From Alteribacter populi (GTDB lineage Bacteria; Bacillota; Bacilli; Bacillales; Salisediminibacteriaceae), in contig NZ_KZ293963.1 of the NCBI RefSeq assembly GCF_002352765.1, forward strand, positions 2,162,878-2,186,877: a stretch of 24,000 nucleotides of DNA, given 5' to 3'. Shown piece by piece: positions 8,104 through 19,249 of the stretch. Below the pieces are notes generated by a model. The model ran no database searches and was not told the origin of the DNA. It saw only the letters and a program-made list of their open reading frames with translations. Each line of letters begins with the position of its first letter. The stretch's first letter is position 1. The translations under genes and the position numbers were made by a program.

Positions 8104-9111
8104 TTATCGATTTAACGACAGTGAAGCATTCATCTCATCAACCGTTTCGACTTCAAATCCTAAGTCAAGTAACATTTGGTGGTCGTCGGTTGTTTCTTGA
8201 CCTTCTGTCGTTAAGTAATCACCAACGAAAATGGAATTCGCTGCATAAAGGCCTAGCGGTTGTAAGGTGCGTAAATTGACTTCCCTTCCACCTGAAATTC
8301 TAATTTCTTTCGTAGGGTTAATAAACCTGAATAACGCTAGGACTTTTAAACAATAAAGCGGGTTTAACTCCTTAACACCCTCTAACGGCGTTCCATCGAT
8401 GGCGTGTAAAAAGTTCACAGGAATTGAATCAGCATCAAGTGCTCTTAAGCTATGCGCAACGTCAACAACTTCTTGCTTTGTTTCTTTCATGCCGACGATG
8501 ACACCTGAACATGGGGACATCCCCGATTCCTTCGCAACTTCAACCGTATTGACTCGGTCACCATACGTATGTGAAGTTGTAATATTATCGTGGTTCGTTT
8601 CTGCTGTGTTTAAATTATGATTATAACGATCCACACCTGCATCTTTTAACCGCTTCGCTTGCTCTGGCTTTAATATCCCTAGACAAGCACAAATTTTCAT
8701 CCCATATGTGTCTTTAATTTCCTTTACTGCATCGACAACTTGATCAACCTCACGATTTGAAGGACCTCTGCCACTTGCCACAATACAATACGTTCCGATA
8801 TTTAAATCATAGGCTCTTTTCGCCCCTTCAAGAAGCATATCCTTCTTAACCATTCTGTAGGATTCAATAGGTACTTCTGCAATGGAAGATTGAGAGCAAT
8901 AGCCGCAATTTTCCGGACAAAGACCTGACTTTGCATTCATAATCATGTTCAGCTTTACTTTTTTTCCAAAATAACGCTTGCGAATTTGAAAAGCCGCATG
9001 CAATAAAGGTAATATTTCATCGTCCGGACTCTCTATTATTGATAGTGCCTCTGTATTCGTAAGTTCCTGTCCATCTAATACACGGTCTGCAAGTTCCATC
9101 CATTGGTTCAT
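8104..9111 (-). CDS. bioB: Biotin synthase (radical SAM)
   Basis: 335 aa with the CPENCGYCSQS radical-SAM cysteine triad and overall BioB-like sequence. It is the last gene of the bio operon. Confidence 0.95.
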   Translation of the reverse strand: MNQWMELADRVLDGQELTNTEALSIIESPDDEILPLLHAAFQIRKRYFGKKVKLNMIMNAKSGLCPENCGYCSQSSIAEVPIESYRMVKKDMLLEGAKRAYDLNIGTYCIVASGRGPSNREVDQVVDAVKEIKDTYGMKICACLGILKPEQAKRLKDAGVDRYNHNLNTAETNHDNITTSHTYGDRVNTVEVAKESGMSPCSGVIVGMKETKQEVVDVAHSLRALDADSIPVNFLHAIDGTPLEGVKELNPLYCLKVLALFRFINPTKEIRISGGREVNLRTLQPLGLYAANSIFVGDYLTTEGQETTDDHQMLLDLGFEVETVDEMNASLSLNR

Positions 9112-9125
9112 GTTCAGTCCTCCAT

Positions 9126-10973
<1,848 letters not shown>

Positions 10974-10981
<8 letters not shown>

Positions 10982-12329
10982 GCTCGACCCTCTCCCTTGT
11001 AACGACTTCAATAGCTTCCTTGATGATCGATACCATTTCCTGAAGCTCTTCCTTTGTACTCGCTAGCGGTGGCATTAAAACAATGACATCTCCTAGTGGT
11101 CTCGTCAGCATACCGAGCTCTCTCATTTTTAAAGAAACGTGATAGCCTACGCGCTTTTCAAAAGGAAATGGCTCTTTTGTCTTTTTTGATTGAACAAGCT
11201 CGATACCGCACATAAAGCCAAGCTGACGTATGTCTCCTACGTGCGGAAGCGCATACAAATCATCGAGCATGCTTTTTAGATCTTCCGTTTTTTTGGCTAC
11301 TTGACCGACGATATCTTCAGCTTCAAATAATCGTATATTCTCAATCGCTACAGCACAGCCAAGTTGATTTCCGGTATACGAGTGACCATGGAAAAATGTT
11401 TTCAAATTTTCATAGTCATCATAAAAAGCTTCATAGATTTTCTCTGTTGTATAAGTAACCGCAATCGGTAAGTACCCTCCAGTGATTCCTTTTCCGGCTG
11501 CCATTAAGTCTGGCTGAACCCCTTCATGCTCACAGGCAAACATCTTCCCCGTCCGACCAAAGCCTGTCGCTACTTCGTCGACAATCATGAGAACATCATA
11601 TTTCGTACACAATGTTCTTACTCCTGATAAAAACCCTTCAGGCATAACAAAAATACCTGACGCTCCTTGAACCATCGACTCAATGGATAGAGCCGCAATT
11701 TCTTGATGTTTTTCAATAAGTAGTTGTTCGAGAGCGTGTAAGCATTCATCCCGACATTGATCCGGGTCGCCACTTTCTGATCGATATACATTCGGGATCG
11801 GTGCTTTATAACTCTCAAACATAAGGGCTCCGTATACGTGATGAAAGAGGTCGATCGATCCAATACTTACCGCACCAATCGTATCCCCATGATAGCCATT
11901 ACGCATCGAAACTACCTTTTGTTTTTCAGGTTTTCCAATGTTCTGCCAATATTGAAACGCCATCTTAAGAGCAATTTCCATTGCCTCTGCTCCACTGTCT
12001 GAGTAAAAGACACGAGTTAAATTTTCAGGGCTTAATTCGACTAATTTTTCTGCTAATTCAGTAGCTGGTACATTCGTCATCCCGAGCAAAGTTGAATGTG
12101 CAATCTTACTTAACTGATCTACAATAGCCTCATCGAGCTCTTTTTTACGATGTCCATGTACATTAAGCCAAACCGAAGAAAACCCGTCATAATATTCCTT
12201 TCCATTAACATCTCTTACCTTTATACCTTTTCCACTTTCAATAATTAAAGGGTCCCGATCATAATCTTTCATCTGAGTAAATGGAAGCCATAAATGCTTT
12301 TTACTTTTTTCAATTATTTCATGTGTCAT
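10974..12329 (-). CDS. bioA: Adenosylmethionine-8-amino-7-oxononanoate aminotransferase
   Basis: Class III aminotransferase: [36 protein letters not shown]. Start set at ATG 12329 (MTHEIIEK) rather than the TTG at 12350; it overlaps the bioW 3' end by 11 nt. Confidence 0.9.
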
Positions 12330-13083
12330 TGTTCTCCCCCCATTGTACAAGTATCGGTTGCTTTTCCATGTAATGAATATAGGCAGCGGTATCTTTTATA
12401 TTGTCGACAAAAAAGATCCGACAACCATTTTCATCACCACTATCTTTTAGCTTATTTATTCTCTCGTATCCTGATTTTTTACTTGCCACATAACCGGTTA
12501 CATAATCAGGGTCATCCGACCAGCATAGCTCCGCCACTGTCGCAACGTGATGATTCACTTTACTAGCTAGAACGAGTGCTTCTTTCATTCGAGGATTGTC
12601 AGGTAAGTGATGGTTCTCTGCCCACATTTGAAAATTAGCATTTGTCCAATCCATTCTTGAAACACGAACACTTTTTGCCAGGCATGCTCCACTGTGAATA
12701 TCAATGAGAGTTGCTCCAGATTGATTAAGGTCCTCAGAAAGAAGATGATAAGCCTTTTCAATAATCCACTTTGGAACTCCCGCACTCTCAAGAAGCTCTC
12801 GGGCTAATTGCTGCCCTTTTCCAACTGTTGTAACGTCGTAAGTCGAGACGTGTAATGGTTTAATCCGTTCTACAGCTTCGTCCACAGGGTCGAACTGAAT
12901 TTGCATAAAATCTGGATTTCCTTTGGGATGAGTGAGCGCCTTATCTAGTAAAGTATTGACCGCTATTTTCATATCTTGATAGCTGGTGAGCATCTCGCCA
13001 CCTGAAATATGCTTTCCACCTTGTTCATGAGACCTGTACTTTGAAGCTCGCATTCTTACACTGTAAAGCTTATCCTCTGTCAT
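12319..13083 (-). CDS. bioW: 6-carboxyhexanoate (pimelate)--CoA ligase
   Basis: Strong resemblance to B. subtilis BioW: [56 protein letters not shown]. Start set at ATG 13083 (MTEDKLYSV), overlapping the bioC end by 14 nt. The ORF-track extension to 13161 lies inside bioC. Confidence 0.85.
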   Translation of the reverse strand: MTEDKLYSVRMRASKYRSHEQGGKHISGGEMLTSYQDMKIAVNTLLDKALTHPKGNPDFMQIQFDPVDEAVERIKPLHVSTYDVTTVGKGQQLARELLESAGVPKWIIEKAYHLLSEDLNQSGATLIDIHSGACLAKSVRVSRMDWTNANFQMWAENHHLPDNPRMKEALVLASKVNHHVATVAELCWSDDPDYVTGYVASKKSGYERINKLKDSGDENGCRIFFVDNIKDTAAYIHYMEKQPILVQWGENNDT

Positions 13084-13888
13084 CTCTTCCGCCCTTTCCC
13101 CGAATTTCAATGACTTCATAAGTCGTATAAACTCCATCACCTGCTCGGTGCGCAAGATCATACCTTCTCATTACTTCTTTAAGTAAAGCCCTTGATGTTC
13201 CTAGTGAGTAATGGTTTTCGCTATAATTAGCGCCCACTGCTTTTACCGACTTTAAAAACTGTTGACAGTTGCCATAGGTAAGTCGCTCGATGGTCTGTTC
13301 CGTACTGACTTCTTTTAGCCCGACACCAATTAATACAGCTTGCCAAGCCTTCTCCTCTTGCATCGGAAGCGTATGCCGACCATCTGTAAGCCCCATTTCT
13401 TGCTTCACCTCTTCAAAAATTCGATGTAATTCCTGAAAAGTTGCAGGTCCGAAGGTTGAAGCGGCAATCCAGCCATTTGGTTTTAGTGCGCGCTTCAAGT
13501 TGGCAATCGTGTGATTTGGCATCTTAAACCACTGAAAAACAGCATTAGAAACAATCAAATCGTAAGGCTCATGCGTTGACCACTCGATCCTTTCTGCGTC
13601 ACCAACTAAAAATGTCACCTGTGAGCTTACATTTACGCGGGCCTTTGACGCCTCTACCATTTGTTCAGCGATGTCTATCGCTGTAATCGCTGCTTTCGGA
13701 AAGCGATCTTGAAGAATTTTTGTCAGTATACCCGTCCCGCAGCCTACTTCCAAAATTCGAATCGGTTCATCGGTTTCTAAGTCACGCAATAATCTCTCCG
13801 CCATTTTTCTCTGAATAATCGCATGATCATCATAGGATTGAACGGAGCGGTTAAATTGACTCAAAACTTGACTCTTATGTAATTCCAC
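13070..13888 (-). CDS. bioC: Malonyl-ACP O-methyltransferase (class I SAM methyltransferase, BioC type)
   Basis: 272 aa. ILEVGCGTGILT SAM-binding motif. The size, and the position between a BioH-like esterase and the other bio genes, fit BioC. Confidence 0.8.
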   Translation of the reverse strand: MELHKSQVLSQFNRSVQSYDDHAIIQRKMAERLLRDLETDEPIRILEVGCGTGILTKILQDRFPKAAITAIDIAEQMVEASKARVNVSSQVTFLVGDAERIEWSTHEPYDLIVSNAVFQWFKMPNHTIANLKRALKPNGWIAASTFGPATFQELHRIFEEVKQEMGLTDGRHTLPMQEEKAWQAVLIGVGLKEVSTEQTIERLTYGNCQQFLKSVKAVGANYSENHYSLGTSRALLKEVMRRYDLAHRAGDGVYTTYEVIEIRGKGGRDDRG

Positions 13889-14606
13889 TGTCTACTCTCT
13901 CCTTCATCCAATGAAAAAATCGATCTGCTTCTGTCCAAAACGGCAAATGACCCGCATGGTCCCAACACGTAAACTCACTTTGCGGCAAAGATGCTTCTAA
14001 TTGTTTCGCTCCTAAATAAGGACAGATGGCATCTTCTATTCCTGTGAGTAAATAGGCCGGAGTGCGAATGCTTCTCGTTTTTTTACCTATGGTAAATTGC
14101 CGTAAATAATCGAGTCCCACCTCTAAAGCGCCCTGGTTCACGCTGCTTTCTTTCCTAAAACTCTGCCAGCTTTCATATTTTCCCTGCTTGACTTCGGAAG
14201 GAGAAAACATTTGGAGGTCAAACCCCTCAATCGCCCCTTTAGGATTAAGAGATACCTGTCTTTTTAACCTGCGAAGTGATCGTTCATCCGTCCCATGCGG
14301 AAACTCATTGGAACGAATAAACTGTCCGGTACCGCCAATTAAGAAAACAGAATGTACGCGGTCTGGGTGTCGGTAAGCCAAATCTAGCGCAGTCATTGCT
14401 CCAAGTGACCAGCCAACAATAACAACTGGCGATGTTAACTTCTTTAACGCAGCTTCTGCGATCAACATCATTTCGTCCACACTTTTACATCCATTAAAAT
14501 CGACTTTTTTATGTATTCGTTCAGGCCAACGCATCATTTGTTCTTCCCAGACTCTCGAATCAACTGACCAACCTGAAACCCATAAAAAAGAACATTGATC
14601 TGACAT
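13875..14606 (-). CDS. bioH: Alpha/beta-hydrolase, probable pimeloyl-ACP methyl ester carboxylesterase (BioH-like)
   Basis: 243 aa. GWSLGA nucleophile elbow and C-terminal HAGHLPF histidine motif. First gene of the BirA-controlled operon, overlapping bioC by 14 nt. The function is assigned by context plus fold family, not by close identity. Confidence 0.65.
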   Translation of the reverse strand: MSDQCSFLWVSGWSVDSRVWEEQMMRWPERIHKKVDFNGCKSVDEMMLIAEAALKKLTSPVVIVGWSLGAMTALDLAYRHPDRVHSVFLIGGTGQFIRSNEFPHGTDERSLRRLKRQVSLNPKGAIEGFDLQMFSPSEVKQGKYESWQSFRKESSVNQGALEVGLDYLRQFTIGKKTRSIRTPAYLLTGIEDAICPYLGAKQLEASLPQSEFTCWDHAGHLPFWTEADRFFHWMKERVDSGIT

Positions 14607-14668
14607 GAAAACTCACTTCCTGACTTCGGTTTAAGAGCTTTTTTCTTTACACCAACCGATAATACCTA

Positions 14669-14713
14669 ATTGTTAACTATATATAAAAATTAGTTAACAA
14701 TAGGAGTATACCA
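14669..14713 (-). promoter_or_regulatory. BirA operator (bioO) with adjacent extended -10 promoter element
   Basis: Perfect 9-bp inverted repeat ATTGTTAAC-N15-GTTAACAAT (14669-14677 / 14693-14701). This is the TGTTAAC-N-GTTAACA type of Bacillus BirA site. Immediately upstream, in minus sense, is TGgTATACT (14713-14705), so the operator covers the expected transcription start. Confidence 0.8.
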
Positions 14714-14890
14714 CATTAAAATAAAATAGATAAATAGGTTCCGTTAAAATTTGAATTTAACAATAGAGAAATAGACCTTTAAATCTGTACGAGAGCCTAA
14801 TGTGGGAAGAACAAATGTGCATGACGTCTGAAGCTAGAAATCACTCCAACTTTAAATAGTGATCCACAACCTTAAAAAATATCAAACAAC

Positions 14891-14917
14891 AAAAAAACTA
14901 CCCTTTTCGGATAGTTT
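14891..14917 (-). terminator. Intrinsic terminator downstream of the symporter gene
   Basis: Minus-sense aaactatcc-gaaaa-gggtagttt followed by a run of T that begins within the stem (stem of 9 positions with one mismatch), about 110 nt after the stop at 15025. Confidence 0.6.
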
Positions 14918-15024
14918 AAATGGCGGCAAAAAACTGTTTAGATGTAAAAATCAAATTTTTTCTTCTATTCATAACTCCTTTCACTATGATTATTAATAAT
15001 TGTCACTAATTTTAATTCCCCTCA

Positions 15025-16518
15025 TTAGTTAACATCAGACTTTATTGAATTACCATCGTGTGTTCCATTATCTACAATCGATCGTTCTTTTGATAAAATC
15101 TGTAATGCTTCCTCTTTTGAAACTTTATTTCTTGGTGTGATTAAGCTAACGACTATCCCCGCAATTATTGCGACTCCAAGTGACGGAAGGATTGGATTCC
15201 CCCAAAATGCCATAAGCGACTCGCTCATTAAAACAACGAAGGAAATGGCCGACCCTCCAATGATACTAGCAAGTCCACCTTGCCAAGTCGCACGTGGCCA
15301 AAACTTCCCTAAGAGCGCTGCTACGAACAACCCTGACATAACAGTCGCTATAAAGTTAGAAATATAATCAATAATATTGTCTGCTCCTAACGTAAGAACA
15401 AAGGCTAAGATTAACGTAATGACTAAAGCGATTCTTGAATAACCAACCATATTGTCCTTCTCTGGTAGTTTACCTGTAAACGTTTGGAAGACATCTCTTA
15501 ATAGAATTGTAACACCTGTAATAAAATCAGAGCTTCCAGATGACATTGTTGCACTTAACCCTGCCACTAAAACAATGGCTCCAACCCAAATCGGGAACAC
15601 TTCAGTCGCCAAAAATGGGAAAGCATACCCCGCCTCTAGATCGGGATTAATGGCATTTGCAGACATCCCAATGATTGCAGGAAATAATGAAAATATGGCA
15701 AAAAGAGTGCCTGTGACAAAAAAACCTTTTTTAACTGTCGTAATACTTTCACTCGAGTAGATGCGATGACGAAATGATGGTGTCGCTAATACTCCAACCG
15801 CGATCACAACAACAAGCGATAACGCAGGAATAAACCCTAACTTTTCAATACCTAAGAAAGAAACCATTTCATTTGACAGTTCACTTGACAGCTGTCCAAG
15901 TCCTCCAACTTTTACAACTGATAGTATTGTAAGCGTTATAAAACCAACAAATAAAATAGCACCTTGAATCGTATCTGTATAAACAACTGCTAAAAAACCA
16001 CCAATTAATGTGTAAAGTGCAAAGCCAACAGCTACGATGATTTTTGCGTAAAAAAGGTCCAACCCCGTTATCCAAGATAAGTAAAGACTTCCCCCTAAAA
16101 TATGAGCACCTAACCAACCAAGTGAAGCAATATACATCAGAATTGACGTAGATCCTTTTACTATTTTATTTGCACCATAATAAAAGCTTAACTCTTCAGA
16201 AAATGTCATAAAGTTATACTTCCTTACATCAGCAAATAGTAAAAGTAATCCAAACATTCCAATCGAGCCGCCTATTCCATATAAGGCACCTGCCCAACCG
16301 TTTTCAAACGCAAATCCCACAGCTCCCATACTTGACCCCGTTCCGACTAAAGTGGCTACGGTAGTCCCTATTAACAGAGGTAGTGTTAACCCTCTGCCTC
16401 CCATTAAAAAGTCCTCACCATTTTTTACTTTTCTTGACGTCCAAATCCCAACTAGGATCATAAACATTGTAAACACTAAGAAGACTGTTAAATAAACTTC
16501 CTGGTTCTCAATCATCAT
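15025..16518 (-). CDS. Sodium:solute symporter (SSS) family transporter
   Basis: 497 aa, almost entirely hydrophobic with many predicted membrane spans. The N-terminal region (GEDFLMGGRGLTLPLLIGTTVATLVGTGSSMG) is typical of the PutP/PanF/SglT-type SSS family. ATG preceded by TAGGGGGAAG. Confidence 0.85.
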   Translation of the reverse strand: MMIENQEVYLTVFLVFTMFMILVGIWTSRKVKNGEDFLMGGRGLTLPLLIGTTVATLVGTGSSMGAVGFAFENGWAGALYGIGGSIGMFGLLLLFADVRKYNFMTFSEELSFYYGANKIVKGSTSILMYIASLGWLGAHILGGSLYLSWITGLDLFYAKIIVAVGFALYTLIGGFLAVVYTDTIQGAILFVGFITLTILSVVKVGGLGQLSSELSNEMVSFLGIEKLGFIPALSLVVVIAVGVLATPSFRHRIYSSESITTVKKGFFVTGTLFAIFSLFPAIIGMSANAINPDLEAGYAFPFLATEVFPIWVGAIVLVAGLSATMSSGSSDFITGVTILLRDVFQTFTGKLPEKDNMVGYSRIALVITLILAFVLTLGADNIIDYISNFIATVMSGLFVAALLGKFWPRATWQGGLASIIGGSAISFVVLMSESLMAFWGNPILPSLGVAIIAGIVVSLITPRNKVSKEEALQILSKERSIVDNGTHDGNSIKSDVN

Positions 16519-16670
16519 ACTTCCCCCTAACTACTCATCATCACTAGCATCATTACTATACTCAATAAAACCGGTTACATTTTTTACTTAGACTACAACT
16601 ATCTCTAGCACGAATTAAATTAATAATAAATTAAATATTCAGATTTCATTATAAATAAAGGGTCCTCTTT

Positions 16671-16686
16671 TATAACATTTAATGTC
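16671..16686. promoter_or_regulatory. Operator-like palindrome upstream of the symporter gene (third copy of the motif at 21494/21540)
   Basis: TATAACATTTAATGTC (arms ACATT / AATGT). It lies 18-38 nt upstream, in minus sense, of a TATAAT hexamer (16653-16648). Near-identical to the two sites upstream of the amidohydrolase operon. Confidence 0.4.
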
Positions 16687-16758
16687 TTTAATAAACCACC
16701 TAAAACGCTTTCAAAATCTTGGCGAGAAAACGATTTACTTCGCTTCCTCGCTATCTTT

Positions 16759-17484
16759 TTACACATCATAATTTACAACATAATGTTGCATTTGAGTGTT
16801 GTAATACCCCTGACTGTATTCAATCACATTACCCGATTCATCATAAGAGTAACGTGATCGCTTTAATAAAGGCGAACCCTTTTTTACACGTAATATTTCT
16901 TCCACATGAAAAGGGGCGTGGGCAACAGCAAATTCATCTCGAAATTTTTCTAAAGAAATACCCTGCTCATCAAGCAAACCGTACAAGGAGTGTGCATTTA
17001 AATCCGATAATTCAATATCTTCCATTCTTGCAATTAAATAATGTGTGTAATGGATATATGGAACCTCATCAAGGTGATAAAGACGTTCGATAGAAAGACA
17101 GCGTTCTCCAAATAATTGATATAACTCTGTTCCCTCTGCATTGTATACAAGTTTTGCTTGTAACAATTTCTTTTGAACTTTATGCCCTTCCCCTACTAAA
17201 ACTTCTGTAAAACGTTTTCCTTTGGAAAGTTTTGAAGCAGAAGTATTTTGAATGACTTTCGTCCCTTTACCGCTCTTTTTTTCGAGATACCCTTCTTGAA
17301 CAAGTTCTTTTATTGCATTGCGGACTGTAATTTTACTGACATCAAATTCATTTTCCAGTTGTGGTTCTGAAGGTATGTTTGTCCCAATCGGATACACCCC
17401 ATGTAAAACTCGATCTTTCAAGATATTCTTTATTTGTAAATACAATGGTCCATTTTTTGGCGAAACGTTCACTATTACATTCAC
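16759..17484 (-). CDS. GntR-family transcriptional regulator, HutC subfamily (wHTH + UTRA effector domain)
   Basis: 241 aa. PLYLQIKNILKDRV...PSEPQLENEFDVSKITVRNAIKELVQEGYLEKKSGKGTKV is a canonical GntR N-terminal domain. The C-terminal ~150 aa has HutC/UTRA length. The GTG start overlaps the kinase stop by 1 nt. Confidence 0.85.
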   Translation of the reverse strand: MNVIVNVSPKNGPLYLQIKNILKDRVLHGVYPIGTNIPSEPQLENEFDVSKITVRNAIKELVQEGYLEKKSGKGTKVIQNTSASKLSKGKRFTEVLVGEGHKVQKKLLQAKLVYNAEGTELYQLFGERCLSIERLYHLDEVPYIHYTHYLIARMEDIELSDLNAHSLYGLLDEQGISLEKFRDEFAVAHAPFHVEEILRVKKGSPLLKRSRYSYDESGNVIEYSQGYYNTQMQHYVVNYDV

Positions 17485-18506
17485 TACCTTTCTATATCAC
17501 CTACTGAATCAGTTATCGCCCGGAGTATTTCATTTTCCGATAACATTAAGGTATCACCCACAACTGTATGAGTAAGCATCCCTGCAGCTGTGGCAAATGT
17601 GACGGTTTTTTCTGGTGAAAATCCTTTAATCTCACCGTGTATGATACCACTCGCATAGGCATCTCCTGCACCAATTCTATCATAAAGTGAAAATGTGAAT
17701 GTTTTTGAAAAAGTGAATGTTTTCTTCTTAAATATAAAGCCACACAAAGTATGCGTATTGTCCTCATTGATCGATCTATGAGTACCTGAAATTACAGAAA
17801 TCCTATATTTCTCTGCGACGACTGGAATAAGATCCAGAAGTTGTTCTTGACGTTTATCCTTCTCTGTTTTCATGTCAAGGACAAATAGTGCGTCTTTTTC
17901 GTTCATCATGACAATATCAGCCAAATGTAGCATTTCCTCATAATACGGTTTCGCTTTTTCATATCCGTCTCGCCCCCAAAGTGACGGACGGTAGTTACAA
18001 TCGAAGACAACTGTACCACCATGACTTTTGACAGTCTTCGCAAACGATTTCATGTGCTGACGAACAGAATCATTCATCGCAAGTGTGATGCCACAGAAAT
18101 GAACAACGTCATTTTCTTTGGCCATCTCTTCAAAATCATACGTTCCTTCATCTGCTGTATTGAAGCTACTTTCTTTACGATTAGAATAGGTAACACGACT
18201 TGGCCTTACTCCGAAACCATTTTCTAAAAAATACATGCCAATATAGTCACCACCACGATGAAGGAACCTTTGTGAAACACCCAGCTTTTGAAGATACGAT
18301 ACTGCAGCATCCCCAACCGGATTGTCTGGTAAAATGGATACGAGGTGTCCCGTATGCCCAAAACGTGCTAAAGCTGAGACCACATTCACACCCGAACCAG
18401 AAAAAGAATAGTTTAATGTGCTAGCTTGGGACAACAATTCATACCCCGGGACCTGTAAACGCATCATGACTTCTCCAAAAGCTGCAACCTGTTTACCCAT
18501 GGTCAT
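17484..18506 (-). CDS. PfkB-family sugar (acid) kinase, 2-keto-3-deoxygluconate-kinase-like
   Basis: AFGEVMMRL N-terminus and C-terminal DRIGAGDAYASG anion-hole motif of the ribokinase/PfkB family. Start ambiguous: TTG 18509, ATG 18506 or ATG 18500. All three overlap the upstream aldolase gene. Confidence 0.8.
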   Translation of the reverse strand: MTMGKQVAAFGEVMMRLQVPGYELLSQASTLNYSFSGSGVNVVSALARFGHTGHLVSILPDNPVGDAAVSYLQKLGVSQRFLHRGGDYIGMYFLENGFGVRPSRVTYSNRKESSFNTADEGTYDFEEMAKENDVVHFCGITLAMNDSVRQHMKSFAKTVKSHGGTVVFDCNYRPSLWGRDGYEKAKPYYEEMLHLADIVMMNEKDALFVLDMKTEKDKRQEQLLDLIPVVAEKYRISVISGTHRSINEDNTHTLCGFIFKKKTFTFSKTFTFSLYDRIGAGDAYASGIIHGEIKGFSPEKTVTFATAAGMLTHTVVGDTLMLSENEILRAITDSVGDIER

Positions 18507-19248
18507 CAACTAATTTCTTCATCGTTTTAAGTAATTCACGTACATCTTCAACTTTTGTTTTTCCTGTTTCTTTGTCAATAATCGATGAATATACGTGAGG
18601 AATAACTTTTGGAACGTTAGCTTCTAAGGTAATGCGTACGATTTTTTCAAAATTTTCTTTATCAATTCCACCTGTTGGTTCTAACGCAAAACCTTCTTCT
18701 CCACATGCTTGTGCAACTGCACGATACTCGTCTTCCCGACTTAAACCGTTCATTGGAAAGTATTTCAATGCATTACCACCCATATCACGCACAAGCGCAA
18801 TCGCCGTTTTAACTGGTACGATCGCACGTTCGTCTTGCGCAGCGCTTATTGGACCTGTTGAAATATTTACATAACCAACGCGCCCTGTTGGGGACACTAA
18901 ACTGTTAATCCAGCCATCTTTTTCACCAAGGTTGGCACGTGTTGCCCCAACATAAGGGAATACTTGGTTAATGTGACTGCCAGGATAAAATTTCGCTATC
19001 TCCGCTACTACAGCTGCTTGGCGATTGTCACCAGCCCCTAGTCCAATCGATACCGCTTCATCTATTTCCTCTCCATATTCCTTCATTGATAATACGGCTG
19101 TTTCAACAGTTGGGTAGTCTTTTGAAAGAATACCGACTAAAACGTTTCCTTCTGCCGCTATAAATACATCTTTGGCGTTTTCTACACTATTAGCTAATAC
19201 ATTTAATGCAACACGGTCTTTGTAAAAACGTTTTGTGATGTTTGACAT
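18493..19248 (-). CDS. DUF1341 / DgaF-like 2-keto-3-deoxy-6-phosphogluconate-type aldolase
   Basis: 251 aa. The sequence (VALNVLANSVENAK...SIGLGAGDNRQ...NALKYFPM...LEPTGGID) resembles the EF_0839/AHA_3917 KDGP-aldolase family as I remember it. GGAGGAAAGTAAA precedes the ATG. Confidence 0.7.
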   Translation of the reverse strand: MSNITKRFYKDRVALNVLANSVENAKDVFIAAEGNVLVGILSKDYPTVETAVLSMKEYGEEIDEAVSIGLGAGDNRQAAVVAEIAKFYPGSHINQVFPYVGATRANLGEKDGWINSLVSPTGRVGYVNISTGPISAAQDERAIVPVKTAIALVRDMGGNALKYFPMNGLSREDEYRAVAQACGEEGFALEPTGGIDKENFEKIVRITLEANVPKVIPHVYSSIIDKETGKTKVEDVRELLKTMKKLVDDHG

Positions 19249-19249
19249 T

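Noticed and set aside
7720-8200. Plus-strand ORFs 7720-7989 and 7880-8200
   Set aside because: They overlap the minus-strand cobalamin riboswitch, its leader and the bioB 3' end. Their translations are not protein-like.
15025-16518. The idea that the SSS transporter next to the bio operon is a biotin or vitamin transporter (SMVT/PanF relatives)
   Set aside because: No BirA half-site pair lies upstream of it; only an isolated GTTAAC at about 15029 lies within its 3' end. A terminator separates it from the bio promoter. Its upstream region carries the same palindrome as the GntR-linked catabolic operon.
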